The notes beneath the pieces were generated by a model, which did not search any database, was not told where the DNA came from, and worked only from the letters and a program-made list of their open reading frames with translations. A stretch of DNA of 64,000 bases from Octopus bimaculoides. Its lineage: Eukaryota. Positions 1-11,785 of this stretch are shown here, piece after piece. How positions within the stretch are numbered: position 1 is the first letter of the stretch; the number at the start of each line of letters is the position of its first letter. The stretch spans positions 7,218,351 to 7,282,350 of the forward strand of contig NC_068983.1 of assembly GCF_001194135.2 (NCBI RefSeq), given 5' to 3'. The position numbers were made by a program, and so were the translations under genes.

Positions 1-946
1 ATTACTAGCTTTTTCATTTTATAGAGAGTATATGTTTTAGTTTTAATTTTAATTTAATTTAAATTTCTGCTGAGATGTATATCTTTTCCACTATTAGAAG
101 ACTGTCTGTGTGTGGTTTGGGTGGGGTACATGAGGCAGAAATATCAAGAAATATTATGAAAAAAGAAAATTCGTTTTTTGTCTTCAGGTTTACATATACA
201 ATTGTGTTTTATATATTTAATGTTTATTATATTAATTTTAAGTTTTACAATAGTACAAGTCTGCACTAACCCTCTTACATAACAGCTATTAAAGCTAAGC
301 CTAAACTTACAGAGCACCTATTATAGCTAAGTATAGACTATTAATAATGATCCATGTTAAAGAAATAGAGAATTTGCACAAAAAAAAAAATTCTCTGAAA
401 TATCAAATATGCTGCCCATTTTGTGATATACATCCTTGCCATCACAATTATTTTATGGCTTTAAATATTTAAACTAGATACTTCACATTATGAGTATTGT
501 TCTCATATCTGAGACAGTGCTGCTGTAACACATCCAGAAAAGCTTTCATGGTTTGACTGCCATAAAGTCCCTCAAAGACTCCATCCTCAGCTCATAGGCG
601 CACTACTCCTCACAAATAAGTAGGCTCGTACTATCTTCACTCAAACATTTCCAAGCCAGTTGTCCTTATTCACCCCACCACCCTCCTTACCCTTGATATA
701 TCTAAACCCCTCACTCAGGCCTCCTACATTAATCACTGCAAACAGTCCTGTCCAGAGTGTTGGTGGCCATCTGGAAGTACCTCCCAGCTTATGCCTTTCA
801 CACAGATGCCGACAGTGTTCAAGGAGAATATTAATGGCCTTAGTCACACCTATATCAGAAAGGATGCAAAGACTGTGGGCACTGCCCCTTCCTTGAAACC
901 CAACAAATAAAAAACAACAGTTTTGTTACTTTGTCTTGTCTAGAAC

Positions 947-1200
947 TGCAGTTCTCAACTGGGGCCAATTTGACACTGGGGTAGATGGGTCCATATGAGA
1001 TTTTGTTAAAATTTATGCGGAATAAATTGGTCATACTCCTACAATGTACAAAATATTTTAACGATTTTTTCGATACAATTTGTAATAATATTTAATTATG
1101 AAAATATTACAGGATTTTTTGAACACTGAATGGCTCTGAGAGTCCACCCAAGTAAAATGGGAATCAAAGGGGTCCGTAGCTAAAAAATGGGGGAGAACTA
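947..1200. mobile_element. Degenerate hAT-type MITE
   Basis: Ends gcagttctc...gagaacta, flanked by direct ctagaac at 940 and 1201. Exact termini uncertain. Confidence 0.5.
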
Positions 1201-2237
1201 CTAGAACAATAAATATCTTAGCTCCATCCTCATTTTCCTCAATGATACAGTTATCGTGGTGACTGTCAATGATTCCCCAGGTACTCTTCATAAGTCCAAG
1301 TTTTTCTTTGGAACAAATTTCTGAATTCTATCAATGTTTTAAGTAAAGTGAAAAGAAATAGGTAACAGACAACATCATTTCTAGGATTCACAATAACAAA
1401 TAAAACCAATAATAACATTAACCGGAATTTTTCATTCAGAAAATAAACCACGCCTCTGCTGAAACAGCAATGGACCAAGGAAATTTACTGTTTTAAACAA
1501 AACATAAGGAACTAATAAGAAAACATGACAAACCCTTAATGGTGACATTTTGAAAGTGGGGCCGGGTTGGGGTTTTAACGATGTTTTTTTTAGAAAAAAA
1601 AAGAACAAAGCAAAAATGTTTCTCCAGGTATCTGTATCTTATTCCTCTTCTGACTAATTAAATATTGTGTGTACATGTGTGCGTGTATACATATATATAT
1701 ACATCACACACACACATGTATACATGTGAGTGCAGGTGTGTATAGCTGTATAGATTTTGCTATTTCCAGTATATATAGATGTTTTAGTTCTTTATCTTAA
1801 AATATCAAGTACTCTCATGACATAACATTTATATAACAATAAAATGTACCATTTATATACATACATATATATATATATAAATACATATATATATTACAAT
1901 ATTTACACACACACACACACATAGTTTTATATCCATTTTCCCAGATAGCATGGGTAAGCTGGATTTTGAAATGTGTAATATTAAGTACATTATAGAAACA
2001 ATTTTTACAGCAGGATGTACTTCCCAGTCGTTGACCACAGATCACGTGTGTATGCAAATATACACATACTCACATACACATAAATATATAAAAACAAACA
2101 CACACACACACACGAATATATATACACACACGCATATTTACATATTCCATGAAAACACATATAAAAGGTTATTCCACTCACAGCTGACATGTTACTGACT
2201 CAAACAAAACTTCACAAAGTGATGCAACAATTTAGAG

Positions 2238-2553
2238 CAGAGGTTCCCAAACATTTTGGGGATGCTGCCCCCCTGGCCACATTNNNNNNNNNNNNNNNNN
2301 NNNNNNNNNNNNNNNNNNNNNNNNNNNNNNNNNAATCCCATTCCACAACTCACCACCACAAACCCTGACCACTTTCTGCAGGAAGTTCAACAACAGTATT
2401 TCACAAATAAAACTTTAACCCATAATTTTGTTGTTTTTAGACCCATCACCCCTCTTTTGGCCACCCCATTATCACTTCACTTTTCTTCAATGTACCCCTG
2501 GACCTTTGCAATACCTCCCCAAGGGGGCAGTATTCCCACTTTGGGAGCCACTG
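2238..2553. mobile_element. hAT-type MITE
   Basis: TIRs cagaggttcccaaac / ctttgggagccactg. Perfect 8-bp TSD atttagag at 2230-2237 and 2554-2561. Confidence 0.85.
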
Positions 2554-3644
2554 ATTTAGAGCATCAAACTGTTAACAATGACAAAAATATTAAACAGACA
2601 TGTTGACCTGGGAACTGGTCAACCTTCCAATAGGCCCCCACTGACATACACTATTACTGGTACAGCTCAAAGTGGTGGGTTGGCAGAAGCATTGGTGTGT
2701 CAGACAAAATGCTTTGCAGCATCTCTTCTGGCTCTTTACATTCTGAGTTCAAACTCCACTGAGGTCAGTCAACTTTGCGTTTCATCCTTTTGGAAGTTGG
2801 TAAAATACATATCAGTCCAATAATAGGGCGAGTGTATTTCAAATTGCCCCTACCCTCAAAATTGCCGGCCTTGTGCTAAAATTAGAAAGAATTGATTACA
2901 GTTTACCAATTAGCCTATTAACACATCCAACCTGACATTAAGTGTTCCAGTCTCACCCAACAGTAGCCTTCAAAAACTCTGGGCCAAGTTTATTCCTTTT
3001 CAGAATAAAATAAATAAATAAATAATTAAAAAAAAAAGTTGTTAACTCAAGCAAGTAATTCACTAATGATTACAGAAGTGAGTTCTTAGCAAAATACAAG
3101 ACCTCAAAATTTATAAAAGAATGGGAAATGCAATGCTGTGATGTTCATGCCATTCATAGAGGCATTTGTGCCACTTAGGAGTTTAGATGTTGCTCCGGAA
3201 CACTTGCAGTATCGGTGCATAGGTACTCAGAGTATTCGTCAAAGTATTTTAGAATTGGTTCTGTGAAAGACAAGGAATAACACAAATCTGAAATTATAAA
3301 TTAAGGAGGCATGGCAGGGGAGGGAAGGGTGGGGTTCCCGTTTTTTTTGGGGGGGTTTCTTTTTTTTAAACGATAACACAGAAAAGAGAGTACAACACCT
3401 CACACACGTAGCTGTAGTTTAGGTTTAATGCCTGACATGCTTTTTGTTAAAAAAAATCTATGGTTTGAATCTGTTAGTCTCAAAACATTGGGTCATGATC
3501 ATGTTAATCTCAAAGCAGTGTTAATTGTTGAGTGGCCTTCTTAATCCGGGTCAGCGTGCGGTTGTCCCGACTCTCTCAGGACGCTGATGCTGTAACATAC
3601 TGCATGAAAAAAAAGGAAGTTGTATGGTCACCACCACGTTTGTG

Positions 3645-6192
3645 CTAAGAGAGTGTATGGCATCCTGTTGATCCTTGGGAAGTGGAGTATATATCCTGTT
3701 TAAGCCAAGTTGTTGTGTGAACAGGGAGCTCGGCAGAAGAATGGATCTCAGCCCATTGTCGCTTCAGCATCTGCAGTAATTTCTCCTCTTCTTTACCTTT
3801 CTGAAACAGAAGTCTCACACTAATTTCAGGAGGGGACACACGGCCCTGCAGTTCTTCTTTGGGACTGTAATATTCGAAAGAGGCATCAACATCTATTTCA
3901 TCGTCTTCGTCCGAGAACACAAGTGTTAAACATTTAAGAGGTTCGGAATCGACAAGTATCCGCTTTAGGTATTCAATTTTACGTACGTCCAGAATGCGAT
4001 GGCGTGGCTTGTCAGGCAACCCCCGAGCAAAATCTGGAAGAGGGTAGCTAACCAAATCCTCGGCAACAAGGCAGATGTGTCGGTTCGTTAAGATGACAGT
4101 TCGAGGGATAGCTTTATCAACTGCTTCAGATACACTAGCTTCCATAGGGATTTGGAATCCCAGAATGTAAATCCATATAAGGTAAGGAGTTTTGAGGTTT
4201 AGCAGGACCTGTTCCCTTGAGATATCAGAGATTATATACAAAATGTCTGAAATTGTTTCTTCACCAGGGTAACAAAAGCGGACCTTGCTGGGATGGATGT
4301 ATTCACTTCCTTCTGTAGCAGAACGAGATTTTGTGACAAGGCTGTAGAAATCCATCTCAGAATCTGAAGGTGTGTCGGCAGAAGTAACAACATTTGAAGA
4401 GAGAACGGAGAAAGTCACCTGTAGAAAAATTTCGGTAGTTGCACAATCACGAGTAACAACAGTACAAACTAAGTCATCTGATGGTCCAGTAAAGCGTAAA
4501 CATTGGTTAAACATACCTATGTTAACCTGGACCAGCTGAGACAGAGGAATGGTAATAAATGCTCGAGGAAGTTGAGAATGCTGGAATCCGCCTTTGTGTA
4601 GGATACCAGAACAATGGCTGTCCTCAGATTTTCCTTGTATCAGATGATCGTCAATGGCTGAGTCTGATTTGTGACGATAGTGTGTCATCCATGTGTGCTT
4701 GGATTTAGGTGGTAATTTCACTTTCGTATCAGAAATACAATAGACTGCCCTGGAGGTGAGAACTACTAACGATAGAATTTCTTGATCTGGGTTTCTGTAA
4801 GGAACAACATCTGCCCAAACAACATACATCATCTCCTCATTCTCAAAGCCTATGTGAGCAAAATTCGTATGAAAAAACTGTATCAGTTCGTAACCATTCA
4901 TTTTCCCGATACTTTCTAAGCAAGGAGATCGAGACTTGACTAATTTGTACGTCAAGTTACACTGTGTTAGGTAAGTCAGTTGTTCTTCACATGGCATTGT
5001 GAAACTTGGTCTTCTTACATCCTGCACACTGACAGGGGTTTTTAGGGAACTAGATGAATTTGGAGAGGAAACAGTCAAGCTGGAACTGTGATTTATTGTA
5101 AGGCAATCTTTGGTTAAAACTATGTCATCGTTAGTTACAAGCAATTTCTTACATTCAACATCATTATCTTCATTAGCTCCTTCGGGTTCCTGGCGTGCAG
5201 CTAAAGACAATCTATTGACATTCAGTGCTCGAAGACTTGTGAATTTTTCTAAATACTCATCCCGTGTTTTTGCACTAAGAAAATGTAGAGCAAGACATTC
5301 CGTTTTCCCTTGGCAATTGAATTCCATTGATAGCGGATGAAGTTCATATCTGACATTATTCAGAATCTCTGGAAAACGAAGTTGTTTGCTGCCATTTGGA
5401 CACCATTTAAAGCTTACATTTCCACCTGCCATGATAGGGTAGTATTTAAGAATTGAATGTTTGTTATTCTTCTCGACAGCATCGGAGTCAGGATTCTCAC
5501 TGACAAAACAGTCCGTGTTAAAAAAGAAATCTTCTGTTTCCACGAGGTACAAATAATTCTCAGATACAGCCAAAGTATGCCACGTGGCATCATAAATAAC
5601 AATGGCAGTAAATGTTATTTCTGAAGAATACAAACCTTCTTTTGTTTCCACATTCTCAATCAAATCTGAAAAATAAAGCTGTCCTGAAATATCAATAATT
5701 TTGGGAACTTCTTGATCAGTGTTGTTTTGGTAGCATTTTTTCAAAATATCGGTAAAGGTTTTAATTTGAGGAGATTCAACTTGGTAGAGAAGGAAAATCC
5801 CGCTGGGACCAACAAAAGATTCTTCGAGTTGAACAACATTGTGGCTGATAAGAATTCGTTGAATGTTACACAAAGGAAGAATGTAATATGTTGTAGTATG
5901 AGGAACTCCTGGAAAATCCTGGCTGTAACCATCAAAGTGTTGGATGAAAATGTGTTTCTGAGTAAGTACAACACAAGTAGGGTTCATAATGGTTGGGTGT
6001 GTGTACTGGACAGCGTAGCTCCAGAACAAGTATTCAACGTACTCGCAGATTTCTCCTTTCCGCTTTGTCTCGTTGGAACCAGTCAAATTTGAAATCAACT
6101 TTGTACAGAAATTACAGTTCAGTACAGAAGGAAGATGTTCAAATTTGAAAACATAGCTTTTGACCTCTTGGGGAAAATCTTTCGGCCGTTGT
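3645..6192 (-). CDS. NISCH: Nischarin terminal coding exon (about 848 aa, C-terminal domains)
   Basis: Acceptor ttctcag|A CAA CGG at 6192, stop TAG at 3647-3645. Motifs LSQLVQVNIGMFNQCLRFTG, VCTVVTRD, IHPSKVRFCYPGEE, SYPLPDFARGLP and LKRQWAEIHSSAELPV match the recalled human NISCH C-terminus. The ORF-track start at 6287 is intronic. Confidence 0.93.
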
Positions 6193-6689
6193 CTGAGAAA
6201 GAAATAAAACAGAATTAGTACAGGTATAAATAAAAGCAAAGGGGTGGGGGGTGCACATGAGGGAGAATGTGTTTCTATCTCCCTCAATGTGTTTCAAAAT
6301 GAAATGGTAAACAAAAGATACAAGAGTCTGTGTAGGGTTAAGAGATGCAATAGTTGAACATATTTAACTCAAAGATTTTTTTTTGGTACTCTCACATGTA
6401 TTCTATGGGGGAGAACTAGATTTAACAGAATAATACATGGAACGAAACTGCAAAGACAGAACTCTGAAGTCTTTATTTTATAGGAAGACAGTGGCCATGA
6501 CACTTAACAGAGAGCAAGTGTGAGAGAGAGAGAGTGTGTGTGAGAGAAAAAGTGGCATGCAGCAGAAAGAGAGAGAGAGAGGGGGGAGGGATAAAGAAAG
6601 AAAAAGAGAAGCATTTCAAAAATATAGGCATAAGAAGAGAGAAAAAAAACACCATATCTATCTATCTATATACACACACACACACACAT

Positions 6690-6720
<31 letters not shown>

Positions 6721-7083
6721 GCACACTTGATTTGTGGGTTAACAAAGCTACCATTGGTTTCATGTGGAGAGAAATGTCAACAATTATCAAGCCTGCCACA
6801 TGGGAGACTGGTGCTCATCGCCATCTTGGATGAAAAGACGAGGTCATGTGAGATCACGAGATTTGAGAATAAACAAATATATACACATATCAAGGCGATA
6901 TGCTAACCCACAAATAAAGAATGTTTGCCCACTGATGCAGTGTTGAGCACTCAGTCTCACTGCTTGATATTAACATAAATATATATATTTATATATATAT
7001 ATGTGTGTATATATATATATATATAAACAAGTGTGTGTGTGTGCGTGTGTGTGTGTATTCATTCATTCAAAGAGTTCACTTAC

Positions 7084-7166
7084 AGATGTTGTTTCACCTG
7101 CGGATAATTTGGTGGTGAAGGGTTCTGAATGCAGTCCAGTTCACAGCTGGAGTTACTGTTGTCTCT
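7084..7166 (-). CDS. NISCH: Probable nischarin penultimate exon
   Basis: ttaatag|RDNSNSSCELDCIQNPSPPNYPQVKQH+CT|gtaagt, 83 nt, phase 0-2. Supplies the phase needed by the terminal exon (CT|A Leu). Confidence 0.72.
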
Positions 7167-7353
7167 CTATTAATACAACAACAACAACAACAATAAACAT
7201 ATTTAGTTTACAATAAAAACAACATTGATAAATGAAACATAATTATATTTTATGCCATCTTCTGTAAGTAATCATCATGACTAATTCATTGCCTATCCAA
7301 AATAACATATTAGAACCAGAATACAGTTCTATGTTTAAGAGATGAGGAATTCT

Positions 7354-7629
7354 GTACACTATTTACATTTGACGGATATTTGTCCTCATCTTGTTTAATG
7401 TTAACACGTTTCATTTCGGCTGATATATCCTCCAGCCTTCATCAGGTGTCTTGGTGAAATTTCGAACCTGGGTTCTCACCCCTAAAGTATTTTATGATGT
7501 TATTATTATTATTATTATTATATTATGCCCACGGGCATATGACGTAGTAGTTAAGAGCGCAGGCTACTAACCCCAAGATTCCGAGTTCGATTCCAAGAAG
7601 TGACCTGAACACTGATGATGATGATGATG

Positions 7630-7672
<43 letters not shown>

Positions 7673-7823
7673 CATCAAAAAATACCTTAGGAATGAGAAC
7701 CCAGGTTTGAAACTTCCCCAAGACACCTGATGAAGGCTGGAGGGTATATCAGCCGAAACGTAGTGTTAACAACAAACAAGATGAGGACAAATATCTGTCA
7801 AATGTAAATAATGTAAATAATGT
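7354..7823 (+). mobile_element. tRNA-headed SINE-like element with hammerhead-bearing 3' module and inverted copy of that module at its 5' side
   Basis: Arms 7354-7526 and 7630-7823 are reverse complements. They enclose a tRNA-like head (A-box TGACGTAGTAG about 7540, B-box GAGTTCGATTCC about 7583). Confidence 0.65.
7722..7767 (+). ncRNA. Minimal type I hammerhead-ribozyme-like motif
   Basis: GACAC-CTGATGA-A-GGCTG(gagggtatat)CAGCC-GAA-ACGT-A-GTGTT. Stem I GACAC/GTGTT, stem II GGCTG/CAGCC, palindromic stem III ACGT. Confidence 0.65.
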
Positions 7824-9131
7824 ATAGAACCATAATGTTCTGTAACAATGAGGTACATCACACCTCCAGAGTAAGATGTGGCATTCACTGTGATACATCA
7901 CATCTGCCATCAGATGTTAAATGGACAGTGGTACAGTAGGTTATTACAGCTACTGAGGTTGATCATATGCCTTCAGTAGGATGTTATCACTAAGGGATAT
8001 ATCACTTGTCCATCAATTAATGATGTTTGTGACCTCATAATACTTAGTTACAGTTAAAGAGGTACGTTTGCTGACACAGAGGCTTTTAAAATGCACATCA
8101 GCTGACACAGTGTCACACACGTTTAAATAGGTACATCATCAGATGTAGTAATACAAATGCTTAGAGAGGTACGTTTACAGAATTGCATCAACTGAGACTG
8201 TGATATTAGAAGTTTAAAAAAAAGCACACAGTTAACCAATCTAAAGTAACACCCTAACAACAACTAGAAAACTAACTGTAAATTTACTGATAATTGCTGC
8301 AGTAATTCATCTGAAATAATGCTTTCTCTTCTCTCTATCTATTTACTTGTCTCTGCCTCTTCTTCTGTGTGTGTGTGTGTGTCTATTCAATCAGGTACCT
8401 GATACAATCTCCTTTTAATCCAACATCTGTATACTATCCAGAATAAGATGTATCTTATTGGTCTGAACTAAAGAATCAAATTCCTCCTGTACAAGACTTA
8501 AATAAACCATGCAACACTAAACACTGAGAAGCTGACCAAAAGCTGTATTGCTTTAGAGAACCCCAGATATGAATCCATTTTATTCGTACCCACCATATTC
8601 CAAATACTAATGACCCTCAGCTACCATTGTCTGCATCACACCATCGATGAATCAAAAGTTTCCCCTTGCCATTCAAAGGCTCATTGCTATAATCATAAAG
8701 TAGAAAAAAATGACAAAGCGCTACACTTCACCAATATTGCAGTTATGTCAATGGATCAAGTGAAGTGCTGAAACTAACACTTGTGCTACAGTTATTTATT
8801 GGGCCATGAAGTTGTGTTCCAACAAACTCACCCTACCCCAGAAAGACTGATACTTGAAAAGCATCTCAGTCATGATAGCACACATGCACAGAAGTAACAC
8901 ACAATGACAAATCCCTCTGGTGCTCATAACCAATCCTTCTTGCAACGATGTAGATCAAATTGACTAATATGAAAGTCATGAATCTTTATGAACCTAGTAA
9001 CTACAACAATGCATTACCTAAATATTTCAGTTAATTTTCTAAATAATCAACAATTTAAAGGAAGCAAGAAGTAAAATAATTGAAAATTATAGATTATAGT
9101 AGATATTGATCAGGTACTCAGAATATGAATT

Positions 9132-9367
9132 AAGGTGGCGAGCTGGCAGAAACATTAACGAGACGTGCGAAATGCTTAGTGTTATTTCGTCTGCCACTAC
9201 ATTCTGAGTTCTAATTCCGCCAAGGTCAACTTTGCCTTTCATCCTTTCAGGGTCGATTAAATAAGTACCAGTTACGCACTGGGGTCGATAAAATCGACAA
9301 TCCGTTTGTCTGTCCTTGTTTGTCCCCTCTGTGTGTAGCCCCTTGTGGGCAGTAAAGAAATAAGAAA
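9132..9367 (+). mobile_element. tRNA-derived SINE with Nin/Deu-like central domain (family B)
   Basis: aaggtggcgagctggcagaa...gagttctaattcc...catcctttcagggtcgat...agtaccagt. Many copies in the window on both strands. Confidence 0.85.
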
Positions 9368-10694
9368 TATAAATTAAGAAATTCCTAAATAAACTATCGG
9401 TTTACCAATTAAAATCTTCAGTTATCATTTGTGAAATAATGAAATTTCAATCAAAATATTAATAACTTAATTTAGGTAGGTTAGTGTTGGTTAGCAAAGA
9501 AACAGTTAATTAACAGTAATTATCATAATTAACAAGTAGAAAAATACAAAAATGTATACTTAATTACTGTACTACCTGTGTAGTACACCATCTCTAATCA
9601 TGTCACTTTTTGCAGCCTCCTAGCACAAACACTTTCTGTTCCTCTATCTCTATTCTTTCTCTCATATTCACCTTGTACTTTAAGGGTTCGCCTCCCCACC
9701 CTCTCACCATTTCTCTTTTTTTGTCATTAGCTAAGGAAGTCATGTATTCATCTCTTCATTAAGAGACCAGTTCCTGTCCCTCTCTCGTACATTCACATCT
9801 TTCAATATTACACCCCAAATCAGTCGAAGGGGTCTTGCAAGTACTTGGTAACCTCACTAAGGCTGGTGCCATAAAGAAAGCACCTTGCGCACACACACAC
9901 ACACACACACTGTAAAGTGGTTGGCATTAGGAAATGCATCCGACTGTAGAAACCATGCCAAAGCAGACATTGGAGCTCTGCACAGTCCCCCGATTTGTCA
10001 ATTCCTTTTGAACCATTCAACTCATACCAACATGGAAAAAGAGATGCTAAGTGATGATGAGACAACTATAAGATAATCTGCAGCTTATAAAAATGTCTTT
10101 CTGTCTTTGCTTTGTTTAAAAATTTATGGTTTCATTGGTAGGGGACAGTAAATTTGACCATTTATATATATAGTATGACTAAAATTGAAAACTAAAACAG
10201 TGTTGTTGTGTGGTTAACATGCTTCCTCTGCAACCAGATAAACCTAGGTTCAATCCCACAGTAGGGTGAGCCTTGGGAAAGTCTCTTCTATTATAAGATT
10301 GAATTGACCAATGCTTTGAGTGAAATTTGCTAAATGAAAACATGAGAAAAATCATCATACATACATGCATATACCATGTGTATATGCACATAAACACACA
10401 CACAACTATATAAATATCATTCATCAGTGAAAGATGCATATATCAGTGATAAAACCAGTCGATTTGAGCAAAAATATTCTTTTGCATAGATGTGGCAATA
10501 GGTACAGGTGTGACCATAGGTATAGCTGTGTGGTTAAGAAGCTCTCTTAGCAACCACATAGGTTTGAGTTCAGTCCCACTGCGTGGCATCTGGGCAAGTA
10601 TTTTCTACAGTAGTCCCCAGACCAACCAAAGTCTTGTGAGTGGATTTGGTAGACAGAAACTGAAAGAAACCTCTGTGTGTGTGTGCGTGTGCAT

Positions 10695-10725
<31 letters not shown>

Positions 10726-10954
10726 CGTTCACATGCGCTTGTCTTAACATTGTTTGATTGCTGTAAATGAGCATCATTCCTTTCCATGATTCTGTGTGAA
10801 CTTGTCCGGCTATGGAGAAATATTACCCAGCTTAGAAGCAGAGAAGGGTTGGTGGCAAGAAGAGTTTCCAGGCATAGAATATGTGCCTCAATAAACTCCA
10901 TCCGACCCTTGCAAGCATGGAAAACTGGTCATTAAAATGATGAAGATTATATAT

Positions 10955-11089
10955 CAGTTAATAATTAATGGTACTAACAAGCAGTACCCGCATGCTAAAT
11001 ATAGCAGTCAAAATGACCAAACCACAGTCATTTTGACTGCTATATTTAGCATGCGGGTACTGCTTGTTAGTACCGTTAATTATTAATTG
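10955..11089. repeat. Near-perfect long hairpin (about 60-bp arms, 9-nt loop)
   Basis: 10958-11017 pairs with 11027-11086 with one T/G mismatch (10969/11075). Confidence 0.9.
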
Positions 11090-11582
11090 GTAATTTTTTA
11101 ACGTTATGGTTTTTTTATGAATGCTAAGCCACTGGTATTATTATAAATAATAATATCCTCATATATATATATATATATATATATAGTCAAAACTTACAGA
11201 AAACAAAAGACGAAGACAGGTGAGGGAACAAGCAAGCGTATTAGTTTAATGCTCGGGAAGAATGGAAAAGTCTTTGATGTTTCAAGTCTATGCTCTTCGA
11301 AAGAAAGGATTAAGAGGGCAAAAACGGAGAGAGAAAGGAAAAAAAAAAAAAATGGAGAGAGAAAAAAAAATGTGGAGGAATTAACAGTTCAAGAGCTATA
11401 TTGATTTGCACAGACAGTCCTTTGTGACTCTTGCCATCAGGAAAACAGTGAATGAGTGATTAGCCTAAACAAAACCTAAATCCAACACTATTGTTCACAA
11501 AATGCATAATGTAAATAAGTAAATAAATAAATAAATAAGTTGATATTTGCTCTCAGTTGAAATGGCAGCACAGAATACTTAC

Positions 11583-11785
11583 TTTGATTTCCATTTGCTG
11601 CTCACTGTTTGCACTGCTTTCTGAGCAGCTCTGGTGGCTGTCGCCCAGTGGCGAAGAGGAGCAAATCGGGGGATTGTCTGTGACACTTGCTGGTTTGTTC
11701 TGAGAAAGATGAGCAGCTAAATGACTAGAGTGGAGAGCGATAGCTAGAAGAGTTGGTTTTGGGCCTTTTCCAGTATTATCTAATC
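11583..11785 (-). CDS. NISCH: Probable nischarin linker exon
   Basis: tttccag|(G)LDNTGKGPKPTLLAIALHSSH...SSANSEQQMEIK|gtaagt, 203 nt, phase 1-0, open Ser-rich frame. Confidence 0.72.

Noticed and set aside
641-897. Short ORFs in a locally GC-richer segment
   Set aside because: No recognisable domain or splice pattern. Possibly a decayed LINE piece, but unsupported.
6193-6287. N-terminal part of the 880-aa ORF (MREIETH...)
   Set aside because: Non-ATG start and a hydrophobic stretch that is the polypyrimidine tract before the acceptor at 6193.
7527-7605. Possible tRNA gene
   Set aside because: A and B boxes are present but anticodon and acceptor stems pair poorly and it runs into a microsatellite. 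Treated as a SINE head.
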